NCBI RefSeq assembly: GCF_018350175.1
Contig: NC_058382.1
Location: forward strand, 59,274,001-59,338,000
Length of the DNA stretch: 64,000 nucleotides
Direction: 5' to 3'
Source of the DNA: Felis catus
Lineage: Eukaryota
Positions within the stretch are counted from its first letter, which is position 1; each line of letters begins with the position of its first letter. Positions 48,636 through 59,324 of the stretch are shown here, piece by piece. The notes beneath the pieces are model-generated. The model saw only the letters and a program-made list of their open reading frames with translations. It was not told the origin of the DNA and made no database searches. Position numbers and translations under genes: made by a program.

Positions 48636-49794
48636 CTATCAGCTGATGCCGTGGTCTTCCCAGGCGGGGCGGACAGTGAGAAGCCAGCAGCGCAGATGCA
48701 CGCGGGCAGGCCCAGGACTCCAGGCATCCGGCCTCCCTTCACGCCTTCTGGTTCATTCCCTGCCTCTGGGAACTTTCACTGCAGGGGGCAGATGATGACC
48801 CCCAGAGCTAGTTTCTACCTGGGGAATGAACTGCGCCGGGAGGCCCCAGGTCACCTCCGCCCACCCACCCCCGCCCCCCAGCCAGCACATGAGGCGAAGC
48901 TCATGACCCGGACTTGCCCACTGCTTCCAGCCGGTCCTCCCTCCAAGGGCCACGGAAACCCCGAGTGCCATCCGTGAAATCTCCCTCGGCACGCCCACTA
49001 GTTCACCGCCAGGCCTTTGCTCATTCTGAGCCTCCTGAAAGCTCTCCCCTCCCCTCGGCCCCGCTCTACCCATCCTTCATGGCAGGGTCACGGTGACACC
49101 TCCTGCAGGAAGCCCCCCCACGGCACTGCTGACGCCCAGGTTCTCAGTTCAGGGGTGCCTGTGCCCCTCTCTTTGTCCTCGCCTTTCATCACAGACACAC
49201 CCAACTCAGACTCACAACTTAATATGTGTCCCTTTAAATACTGAAGAAAAACACAAGGCAGGCCCGTGGAGTCTGGGGCCCCCTGCGTTAGCTGAGCTGG
49301 GCCCTGATGTGCGGAAGATCCCTCAAGGTCAGAGGAACCAGCTCCTAGTTCAGGAGCTAGATGAGCAGCACAGTGGGACAGGGTGGTCACACGGCCAGAC
49401 TACACCCGCCTCCTCGCATACCCCGCCACGAGTGCCTGCATGGCCGCCACACTGCTCCCATCATGTTCCCAGCGTGTGTGAGCCCACAGGTATGGGGATG
49501 ACTTTGCCTCAGGCGCTGGTGCAGCGCGTGGATGGTGTGGTCACCACCTCTCTGAAGAGACAAGGAGGCTGAAACACAGAGAGGCTGACAACCGTTCTGA
49601 GGCCACGCAGCGAGTAAAGGGTGAAGCCAGGACGTGACCCCAGCAGTCTGGCCGTGGCACACCCCCAGCCCTGACCACTAGGCTTTGGGGGTGGCTGGAA
49701 GCCTTGCCTCTCAAGCTGGAGGGGGAGGAGGAGAAGCCAGAGTGCTCACACCTGGTGTGACCAAACGCCCAGAGGCATGCCATCAGGCAGTCAG

Positions 49795-49877
49795 GCAGGG
49801 AAGGTAAAAGGCATCACCTTGGGAAAGAGGAAGTAAATTTAACTTTACCTGCAGATGATGTGATCCTAAGGCTCGCA

Positions 49878-49925
<48 letters not shown>

Positions 49926-50270
49926 CACACACAACTACGAGAACTAATACACAAGGTCCCAGGACTTAGATCAACACACAGAAGCCAGTTAGGTCTCTGT
50001 GCACCAGAAGGAACAGTCCAAACACAAAGCTAAGAATATAATCCCGTTCATAATAGCATCACAAGAATAAAATACTTAGGAATCAATACTTAGGAACAAA
50101 AAGTACAAGATCTGGGGAGGAAACATCACTAAACTCTGCAGAAGGAAAGCAAAGATCTAAAGAAACACAGGCACAGTCCGTGTGCGCAGACGGGAAGGCT
50201 CATTATTAAAAGAGCAGTTTTCCCAAACCGATCAATAGATTCAATGCAATTCCCGTCAAAATTTCATTAG

Positions 50271-50304
<34 letters not shown>

Positions 50305-50347
50305 GAAATTGCCAAGCAGGTTGTAAAATTTTTATGAAGTTACAAAA
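49795..50347 (+). mobile_element. Old L1 ORF2 reverse-transcriptase fragment (decayed)
   Basis: Translates in pieces to GKEEVNLTLPADDVIL (49821-49868; L1 GKEEVKLSLFADDMIL), IKYLGIN (about 50067) and NRFNAIPVKI (about 50234). It is interrupted by (CA)n, T28 and frameshifts. Confidence 0.9.
49876..49932. repeat. (CA)n microsatellite (~21 perfect units)
   Basis: Read directly. Confidence 0.97.
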
Positions 50348-50354
50348 ACGTCTC

Positions 50355-50475
50355 ATCCACGTTGACGGTTACAGCGCTCGTTTCAGTAAAGTTAGTGACG
50401 TCATTGAATCATGCATCGAAATGGTCGAACGTGAGGATATGTAAATCTGTACCTCTGTAAAGCTGTTCTTAAAAA
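50355..50475 (+). mobile_element. Old L1 extreme 3' terminus (L1MB/MC-like)
   Basis: GACGGTTACA..TCATTGAATCATGCA..AAATGGTCGAA..ATATGTAAATCTGTACCTCTGTAAAGCTGTTCTTAAAAA. Confidence 0.6.
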
Positions 50476-51799
50476 TTCCCAGCGATGCTTGTTTAACACT
50501 GTGGGAACTCAGTCTGCATCCCCTCAGTCCGCGAGAAACTCGACCTTTCCTGCACAGTCCGAGCAAGAGACGGTGAGAAATCCAGGCCCTTCCCTCCCCC
50601 AAGTGGGGTGCCAGAGGTGTTGGGGCCCAGAGACCCTTGAGAGTGAGGGCTCTTTTGATGCGCTTTGCTTTTAGGAGTGTCATTTAATCCCAGAAGTCCG
50701 TCTGAGTTCAAATCTCCCTTGCCAGCTCATATGCTGTGTGACATTAAACAAGACAGTGACCCCGTCTGAGTCTCAGTTATTTCAGCAGAATTTGAACTCA
50801 GGGTTCCTCACTACCAGCCTAGTGTTCTTTCCATTACGTTCATGCCTCCTACACCCCCTTGGCCATTACAGACTCCACGTATTTCTGTGGCTACTGGGAG
50901 CCTGAGGGAGCCACGAGTGGCTTCTGCGGGGAAAAGCCGGCACCAGGGAGACGGGAGGGCCTCGGCTCCCCCACGCCTGCTCACCCACACGCCCGGGATT
51001 CTCAGCTCCCACCCCTGGGGAGACACAGCCCCCGACTCATCTGCCCACATGCCCTTCGACAGCCCTTAACCACCCCGTCTCACCACGACAGCCACGCCCT
51101 CACATTCTTCCCAACCCAGCGCACACGCACGTCCCCAGCCTTGCTGCCCGGCCCACCCCCCCCCCCCCCCCCGCCGGACTCCCCCTCGGCTGAACACCTC
51201 AGACAAACGTGGCCCGTGAGACTCCGCCTGGAAACAGCATTGGGTCTCGTTTCCTGAGCTGCAGGCTTTGTCTGCCGGCCTCCTCTGGAGAAAAGGTCAC
51301 TGCGGCTTATACTTCTCACTTTGTGTGACACTCCTGAGCTCCTGTGCGCTGGAATCGTTGTGGGTGGCTCGGCGGAGACAGGGGTCTGCGAAGCGGCCAG
51401 AGGCAAAGCTGACCTCCCTCCCAGAAGGCCAGGAGCGGCACTCTGCTTGGCAGGCCAGGCGCAGAGTTGAGGGCTTGCAGGAGGCAGAGACCAAGAGCAA
51501 GGAAAACCCAGGGTGAAGCCAGCAAGCACGGATCCAGTCCCCTCGGGCTGAGGAGTAAAGGACACAGGCTGGTAAACTGAGGCAGCCGTGGCTCTGGAGC
51601 AGCTGGCAGGAGGGCACAAGCCAGGCTGGGACATCAGAGCCGCTCGTCCCCTGCCCCTGTCCCCTGCCAGGTAACACGCCAGCCAGGCCCCTCCCTAATA
51701 TTCCACCCGAAGCTGGGAGACAGAGGAAGCTGTCCAGCTCACTAGCTGGGGCGGGAAGCCCGGAGAGAGGCTGAAGCGAGCTCACTGCATTCCTCCGTC

Positions 51800-52025
51800 C
51801 CACAAATCTCCACCTGGCACCTACTATGTGTCCGGCACTGGGATTGGTGCAGTAAAAAGGTGGAATTTATATTCTGGCCCAGGGACAGAGAAACTTCAAA
51901 ATAAGATAATCAATAAGCAATCCTGTAAATACCCAGCATGTCAGACAGAGGGAAGTGCTAAACAGGAAAACAAGGCAGGGCGGGGGTGCAGAGCAGAGGG
52001 GGGGAAGGTCACAGGTCAGGGTGGG
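51800..52025 (-). mobile_element. L2 LINE 3' fragment
   Basis: GCACCTACTATGTGTCCGGCACTG, AATTTATATTCTGG, AATAAGCAA and AAGTGCTAAACAGGAAAACAAGGCAGGG. Confidence 0.6.
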
Positions 52026-52385
52026 GACCGATCTCACAGACAGCCCCCCCCCCGGCCACTCTGGGCCTCTGGCTTCGGCCATGAGGGAGGGAGGGCACGG
52101 AGGGGCTGGGACAAGGAGTGGGGCTCTCCTGCAGCCCTGCGGTCCCCCCCCCACACCTCCCCCAGCCCACGCTGCAGCCCTGTCCTGATGACAACGATCC
52201 TGGCGGAGCCTGAGACACTTACAGGCAGCTGTGTGTGCACCTGCCAGAGCAGAGGCTGTGAGTGAGGCTGTCTTGTCCTCGCCCTTTCCCTGCCTCCCAG
52301 GGCTTCGGGGCTAAACACTGTTCTCAGGAAGACAGGGTCAAAAATGCTGCTTGCTACCATCCCTTCCTGGCAGGAGACCCCAGAC

Positions 52386-52604
52386 CAGGGTAAGCAAACG
52401 CCCTCGCGGAGGAGCCAGAGAGCAAACAGTTTAGACCGTGAGTGCCGTGGTCCCTGTCTAAGTACTCAACTCGGCCACTGTGGCGCAACACCACCACAGA
52501 CACTGCACAAACGAATGGGCGTGGCCAGGTCCCAATAAAGCTTTATTTACAAAAGCAAGCGGTGGGCCAGACACGGCCAGCAGGCTGTGGTTTGTTGACC
52601 CCTG
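52386..52604 (-). mobile_element. MER58A (hAT-Charlie), near full length
   Basis: Terminal inverted repeats CAGGGTAAGCAAAC / GTTTGTTGACCCCTG; internal AAACGAATGGGCGTGGC..CCAATAAAGCTTTATTTACAAAAGCAAGCGGTGGGCCAGA; about 220 bp. Confidence 0.9.
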
Positions 52605-54211
52605 CCCTCCAACACCAACTGGGCTTCATACGTTTGTGACGGTTCTAAGGTCCCCCGCGAACGAAGAAATAATAAAAGCGTAACAATGGCGATGATGTGC
52701 GTGGAGTGCCAACTTCCCATCATGCCGTTCTTCTGTCTGCTGAACCGCTATTGCGCTGGGAATACAGAACCGAATGCCAAGGGGGGAGCCTTGCCCCCCA
52801 GAACTTGGAGTCTGATGGAAAGGTCCCAGGCACCACACAAGGTAGGTGCTGTGTGTGTCCCCAGTTCCCCGGTGAGGAAACGGAGGTTCAGGGGGGTGAC
52901 CAAACCTGTTCACAGTGACAAGAGTTGGTGAATGGTGGACACAGGTGAATCCCAGTGCTTCTTAGTCCTGTTTGACACCCACACAGTGGCACATCCTGGG
53001 TCACCCCCTGCCCCCCGGCAGCGGGACAGCCCCCAGCCAGGAGCTCAGGTGCAGAAGACGGCCCCGGTGGGAGCAGGGAGGAAACCGGGGCCTCTCTGCG
53101 CCAGCACATGAAACAATGAGCTAGTATTTCTCTAACAACCTGATGCCTACCTGACATCATCCTTGACACTCCTTCTTAAACAAAGACTTTCTTCTCTTGC
53201 CAATGTCTTCACCCTCAGACAGGAAGAAGCCCTTTGATCTGTGGATTCCTTCCCCGTGTTCCCCAGGACTCCAGCTGTCAGGGTGACGAGCGCCCCCATC
53301 CCGGCAGATGGCGGACATGCCTTTGACTAACAGGGTGTAAGAACCCGGACCTGGCCCAGCCTGGGCGGCCGGCGCCCAAATGAGAAACAGGCTTGCAGGG
53401 TGCAAGGCAGAGGTGAGGCGAGCCCTCACCTGTCCTGACGTGGGGACCCGCAACAACGCACCCCAAGATGGGCTCTGTGCACCTGCCGTGTGTCTCCCAG
53501 CAGCCTCGAGGCCGCCCCGAGACCAACAGAGGTGGGGCCGCAGAGTCGTTGTGTCAGAGACGAGGCCGTCACCCTGCAGGCGCTCCGGTGGGGGCGCCCC
53601 AATGAGCTGGCCCCGAGAGCCACCTGCCAGACTGAGACGGAGGGCCCTGTCCTCCAGGGGTGGCCTGCCCCACCCGCCAGGGCTGCAAACTCTCTACCAA
53701 GCACATCCGAGATGGCCTCCAGGCGAGGTCACTACTCTGGGAGCCACCACTACCCACAGAAGGCGGTGCTTCGGGACCGGGAGCCACGTGGGGAGGTGGG
53801 AGACGGCCCCTCCCTGTTGCATCGTGAGCTGTGAGGGGTTCACAGAGCCCCCAGGCACCAGATTCCACCGAATCGCTGCCTTGTGTTTACCCACAAAGCT
53901 CCCCTCCAGGACTGACATGAGCTCCACCTTTTCCTCCAGAGCCCACGGTGACCGAGGCCCCGCCGCTGGGCCCCGCTTGGCATGGCCTGGCTTCTGTTGG
54001 TCACTGTCTGCTCCCTTCTGGGGGCGTCTGGAGGCCAAGTCCCGAAGGCCCACCTGCCAACGGTCAGATGCCTTCAGACACGTCAGACGCCAAGTAAAGT
54101 CAGGGAAAGTCCCCGCCGCCCAATACTGGTGACCGCTCTGGTCTGCACCAGGAGCTGTTCTGCACCAGGAACGTGGCCCTGGTCACTGCCAGCCCAGGGT
54201 CGGCTGGAAGC

Positions 54212-54382
54212 CAGTGGTACAAGCAAACTAGGGTGGCCCGCACAGTTCTTGAGCCAGTTTTGCTAGGACCTGAGTATGCTTTTTACGGTTTTTAAATGCA
54301 AGAAGTAAAACTTAAGAATGTGGGACCACATGTATGCGGGTCACAGAGACTAAAATATTTCCTGTGTGTCCTCTCACGGTGT
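54212..54382 (+). mobile_element. MER58B/C-like hAT fragment
   Basis: GCAAACTA..GGCCC..CCAGTTTT, TTTTTACGGTTTTTAAATG and TGTATGCGGGTCACAGAGACTAAAATATTTCCTGT. Confidence 0.6.
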
Positions 54383-54949
54383 TGGATGAGCCCAGGAGAG
54401 GAGAGGAGGGGTTCCTGGGAGTGCCACAGACCAGAGACCACCGCACACGGCCATGTGAAGGGACGAGTACAGTGTTGGGCTGCCAGCTCACGGACCAGGG
54501 GTTGGCCAAGCCCCAGCACCCGTTCACATTCGGCCCCAGACCGTCCTCTCCAGAGCAGGTGAAGCAGGGTGGCCGGGAAGCTTCAGTGAAATACCACTTG
54601 AAAGCCACTGAGTTCAGTGGCTCCTGGAGATGGTGAGGGACAGGCGGACGGGTGGTAACCAGTACCAGGAGAGAGCTGGCCACTAGCCACAAAACCTGGT
54701 GAAAGCCACTGTCGACAGGGCGAGGACTGTCACCAGCATCACACGCTTTGGCTTAGGGCTGCACCTTTTCCCAGGAGAGGGTCCAAGCTCAACCTCTTTC
54801 TTCCTGGCGAGACTGGGGGAGGCCTGGGAGGCGGATCTGGTGACAGAGACCCCACACAGACCCCAGCTCACAGGTTCTGCACCAATCTTGCACAGGGAGA
54901 GAAGAGGCCCCACCTCCGGGCACGTCCTGGTGGCTGGAGTTGCAGCAGT

Positions 54950-55291
54950 CACGTCAGTGGCCTGGGGCACCCACAGCCTGGACTGTCCCCTCCCAAGCTG
55001 AGTATGGACTCAGCCCCACGACTTGCCGTAGTCAGTGGGACATCAGCTAATGCGACGGAAGTGAAGGATTGAGCGTTTGCAGGCCAGGGCGTGGCCCTGC
55101 TGTAGGAGGCAGAGGAGATCCGCTGGGAGATGGTCCAGGGGCGGCAGGCACGGAGGGCGGAGAGCAGGGAGAGGACCCACGGAGCTGCGAGCCACACCAC
55201 CATGCCGGAAGCCCAGGGCCATAAGAGACACGAATCCCGCCACTAAATATGGGGGAGGGGGGCTTGTTAGGGAGCATGGGCAACTGAAACA
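54950..55291 (+). mobile_element. Old MaLR LTR (MLT1F/G/H-like)
   Basis: CCACGACTTGC..TCAGTGGGACATCAGC near the start; terminus GCCACTAAATATGGGG..TTGTTAGGGAGCATGGGCAACTGAAACA. Confidence 0.55.
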
Positions 55292-56109
55292 AATACCCAG
55301 CCCCCCCTGTAACCGCAGATGGGGTTTTGTCTCTTTAGCTCATCTCTGTTTGCACCGAAAATTATGACAACCTTGTTGCAGATGCCAGTGCCCCCCTTCC
55401 TGAAACCCAGATGCTTCTCTAGAAAACAAGATCGAGTACTTTACAAAGAAGGAAGAGAGGGACGGAGGGAGGGGGTCTCCACCCCTAAAGACGGGTCCAC
55501 CGGATCACCTAGTCACTGCTCTTCTGTCTCTGACGGGAGCCCCTGACCCTGCAGGACTGGGGGTGGGGGTGGGGTGGGGGACAGGGGTGGAAGGCAGAAG
55601 GGCCGCCAGTTAGGAGGCTCTCGTGTTAACCCGGGGGTGAGCCAACGTTACACACTAGCACAGGGGTAAAGTCACATATCGGGGACCGGGCAGGAGCCCC
55701 GAGGACAGAAGGGGGGCCCACCAGCCACTCTGGCCTGTAGCTGCTGCCATTTATAACTGTGTGCCCTTGGCCCACCACCTGGAGAGAGTCATTCTTGCAA
55801 TAAAATAAATACCAGTAAGTCCATACACATAGGGTACTCTGTTCAAATCCTGAGAGTGCTAAGCCAAGAAATAACGATTTGTGGAAGCAAAGAATTCCCG
55901 AAGTCGGTAGTTTCAATATGTGATTCTGTGTCGTGCTATTCACATTTCTAGAAGATGTAAGCTCAGCATGATTTCTGGGGCGTGAATACTGACTCTGGGC
56001 GCCGATCTTCGTAAACACGCCAACAGAAGTGCAAAGAGAAGTGGTCAACATCACTGTAGAATACTCCAGGTGAGACCATCTTCCATCTAAGTTTGCAAAA
56101 GCCAATTTC

Positions 56110-56335
56110 CTTTTTTAAAACTTTTTTATTAACATTTATTTATTTTTGGGAGACAGAGAGAGACAGAGTGGGAGTGGGGAAGGGGAAGACAGAGAGGGAG
56201 GCACAGAATCCGAAGCAGGCTCCAGGCTCCAAGCTGTCAGCACAGAACCCACTGCAGGGCTCAAACTCATGAACTGTGAGATCATGACCCGAGCTGAAGT
56301 TGGACAGTTAACCAACTGAGCCACCCGGGCACTCC
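56110..56335 (-). mobile_element. Felid Can-SINE (SINEC_Fc-like)
   Basis: CACAGAATCCGAAGCAGGCTCCAGGCTCCAAGCTGTCAGCACAG; 16-bp TSD TGCAAAAGCCAATTTC at 56094-56109 and 56336-56351. Confidence 0.97.
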
Positions 56336-56421
56336 TGCAAAAGCCAATTTCAACACCAACAACCTTAGAAAGGGCAGCAGACAAAAGCTTTTCACTATTA
56401 AAAAAGGTGCCCCAGAGCTTG

Positions 56422-56640
56422 GGCAAGCACGTGCGTGGCTCAGTCGGTTAAGCGTCCAACTTCAGCTCAGGTCATGATCTCACTGTTCACGGGTTCGAGC
56501 CCTGTGTCCGGCTGTGTGCTGACAGCTCGGAGCCTGGAGCCTGTTTCGGATTCTGTGTCTCCCTCACTCTCTGCCCGTCCCCCACTCACACTCTCTCTCT
56601 CAAAAGTAAGTAAACATTCAAAAAAAAACTTTAAAAAAGG
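56422..56640 (+). mobile_element. Felid Can-SINE (SINEC_Fc-like)
   Basis: GTGGCTCAGTCGGTTAAGCGTCCAACTTCAGCTCAGGTCATGATCTC..CTGACAGCTCGGAGCCTGGAGCCTG; flanking CAGAGCTTG at 56413-56421 and 56642-56650. Confidence 0.96.
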
Positions 56641-56814
56641 ACAGAGCTTGCGTGAAACCAGAGGCACCTAACACCCAGGCTGTGCACGGATGGGATGCAC
56701 TTGGTGGTCCAACCAACGTAACGCGATTTGTCTCCCTCTGGATTATTTGTTAGGAAATATCAGGACCTTCTGAGAGGTCTTTGAATGAATTGTGTTTTAA
56801 AACGTCCTTGTTAA

Positions 56815-57318
56815 TGCACCCCCATGTTTATAGCAGCACTATCAACAATAGCCAGAGTATGGAAAGAGCCCAAATGTCCATCGGCTGATGAATGGATAAA
56901 GAAAATGTGTTATATATACAGAATGGAATACTACTCGGCAATCACAAAGAAGGAAATCTTGCCATTGGCAACTACGTGAACGGAACTAGAGGGTATTATG
57001 CTAAGTGAAATTAGTCAGCGAAAGACAAAAATCATATGACTTCACTCATATGAGGACTTTAAGAGACAAAACAGATGAACATAAGGGAAGGGAAACAAAA
57101 ATAATATAAAAACAGGGAGGGGAACAAAACAGAAGAGACTCAAATACGGAGAACAAACTGAGGGTTACGGGAGGGGTTGTGGGAGGGGGGATGGGTCAAA
57201 TGGGGGAGGGGCACTAAGGAATCTACCCCTGAAATCATTGTTGCACTAGATGCTAACTTGGACGTAAATGAATGAATAAATAAATAAATAAATAAATAAA
57301 TAAGACATTAAAAAATAT
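56815..57318 (+). mobile_element. 5'-truncated young carnivore/felid L1 (ORF2 C-terminus, 3' UTR and tail)
   Basis: Translates to CTPMFIAALSTIARVWKEPKCPSADEWIKKMCYIYRMEYYSAITKKEILPLATT*TELEGIMLSEISQ (L1 ORF2 end), followed by a G-rich 3' UTR and (AATA)n tail; TSD GTCCTTGTTAA at 56804-56814 and 57319-57329. Confidence 0.97.
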
Positions 57319-58679
57319 GTCCTTGTTAAGACTAATAAATTTTAATCACTAAATATTTGTGGTACTTCAATTTTTTAAATAATTTTTATCTGACATTTGT
57401 GTTGATGTGTTTTTCCTTTAATATTTTCTGTCCTCAAACATCTGAATCAGGTTCAAATGAATGTGAAATGCTATCAATTATTGAATCACATAATGTCAAA
57501 ATATATTGATGTAAAGCAATGATAACCATGCATTGAAAAACAAAAAAACCTCTGAACTTTCCACATGATCCTACCACAGAATTGATCGAGGCCTCTCATT
57601 CTTTTTTAAATCACATGAAGTGCTATGGAAAATGTAGAGTAACTTACAACTCAGGAACTCTTGGCGATTTTTCAGAAATTCTGATATGCTGTTCCCGAAT
57701 CCTAACCTTTATCTCTGTCGGGAATTTGGATGTCATGTCCCGAACCGAGCTGGTCAGAGAACTGGGCCAGACGAGGACAGGAGCGAGGGGGACTGAGCCG
57801 GCCAAGAGACACACACCCGAGTCGGCAGCCGAGACTTTTGGTTGCACATGTGACCACAGGAGCTCACAGAACCGGGCACGGCAGGCACGTGGGCTCCAAA
57901 GACCCACCTCATCCCTCAGGGTGGTCGTCGCCTGCAGGTTCAGAGGCGCCTTGGACAGGGGACCCGGCACATGGGGACCCAGTTTGTGCAGACCACCGTG
58001 GCACGCGGGTAGAAGCCCGTCCCTGCAGGCACGGGGACCCCTACCCGCCACCCGCACCACACGCAGCCTGTGACGGGCTAGGAGAGGTGGGTGGCCGGCT
58101 GTCCACACCTCGGCCTCCCAAGCCCCGTCTGCAGGGCCTCTGAGCTGGGCACAAGGCCCCGCATAAACATGCGGTATTTTGCATTGAGGCTTGTGAGCGC
58201 TTATCCGAGTCAGAAACTGTCACCTGCTTCCACTGAGGGATTCCAGGCCTGCCTTCCCGGGGAAGTCACGGCTTTCCCAGGCACAGTGACTCCCACACGG
58301 GGTCCACGGAAAGCACAAGTTCCCGGCAAGGCAGCTCATCGCACACCACCTGCTCGCCCTTGCAGCAAGCACTCCGAAACTGTTTGCTGGGCCAGCCTGA
58401 GCTCGAAGTGTTGGATGTGCAAAGCACACAGTGCAGAGGGGAAGGTGAACTCTTACCTTCCAGAGACACCTATGAAATACGCCATGTCGGGGAGAAGCAG
58501 CCAGGCCTGTGTGAGGGGTGGGACTCACTGAGCAAGGAGTATTTCTGGGGCTCGGGGGGTGACAGGCAGGTTTATCAACCCGATCTGCCCACCTGCCAGT
58601 GGAAATTTCATAAGAAACTACCCCATCGATAGTGATGGTCACGATGGGGCCATGCAGCCTCAGAGTTAGGGGTCCAAGG

Positions 58680-58860
58680 GCTCAGCCAGAAGGCCTGGCT
58701 CAGGGCCCAGCCTTGCCATTTACCAAAGGCTGTGGCCTTGGACAAACACCCTGACCTCTCTGTTCCCTGGCTTCCTCATCTGTGACATGGGGGTAACAGC
58801 GCCCATCTCGTCAAGCTGGGGACAGAATGTCACTGTGAGACAGTGAGCTCTCACTGCTTG
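58680..58860 (+). mobile_element. MIR SINE
   Basis: GCTGTGGCCTTGGACAAACACCCTGACCTCTCTGTTCCCTGGCTTCCTCATCTGTGACATGGGGGTAACAG. Confidence 0.78.
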
Positions 58861-59324
58861 GGCCGGGAATCTTCTTCCTTTTCTAGATGGTGACGCCGAG
58901 GGTCAGAGTGGCGGAGAGGCGAGCTCGAAGCTGCACAGTGGAGGAAGTGGCACAGCCGGGATCGGAGCCCGGACGCGTGGGGCTCCAAAGCCCTCTCCCC
59001 TCCAACGTGGGACTCACAGAAGAGCAGAAACCCCCGTCTGCTCAGACGGCCGTGGCTGGCCAGCAGCCAGCACCCCACAGCAGGAGAAATACCTCCTTGC
59101 TCAGGGATGCCCCGCCTCCCCCCGCCCCCTGAGGGGCCGTGCAGGGGCCTGGATGCCTTCGGCACCAGGAGGGTGCTGTGAGGAAGGCAGGTGGGAGGTG
59201 AGGGCAAGCCTCCAGGACCTGGTTTTGCCACTTCCCCTGTGCTGTCCGACCACACAGCCTCCGGTCCCTGCTGTCCCCCAGGGTCCTCACTGAGACCTCA
59301 CCTGCCCGGGAAACTGTCCCCAGC

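Larger units (their letters stand above)
55630..58025. mobile_element. Ancient hAT-Tip100 DNA transposon fossil (FordPrefect-like) split by three younger insertions
   Basis: The left end CCAACGTTACACACTAGCACAGGGGTAAAGTCACA..GGGGACCGGG..GCTGCTGCCATTTATAACTGTGTGCC and the right end GAGGCGCCTTGGAC..ATGGGGACCCAGTTTGTGCAGACCACCG..CCCTG resemble FordPrefect as recalled; the interior is AT-rich. Confidence 0.5.

Noticed and set aside
48144..48977. His/Thr-rich and Cys/Val-rich ORFs
   Set aside because: These are translations of the degenerate (CA)n tract.
55626..56105. 159-aa AT-richer minus-strand ORF as a novel gene
   Set aside because: It starts at a non-ATG codon within a SINE TSD and lies inside the putative DNA-transposon fossil; it has no recognisable domain.
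21008..56640. tRNA genes and the recurring peptide LTARSLEPASDSVSPSL
   Set aside because: The A/B-box-like heads and the repeated peptide belong to tRNA-derived Can-SINEs with CT tracts, A tails and TSDs.
49795..57318. Active reverse transcriptase or autonomous retroelement
   Set aside because: Both L1 coding remnants are short and truncated and contain stops, frameshifts or microsatellite insertions.
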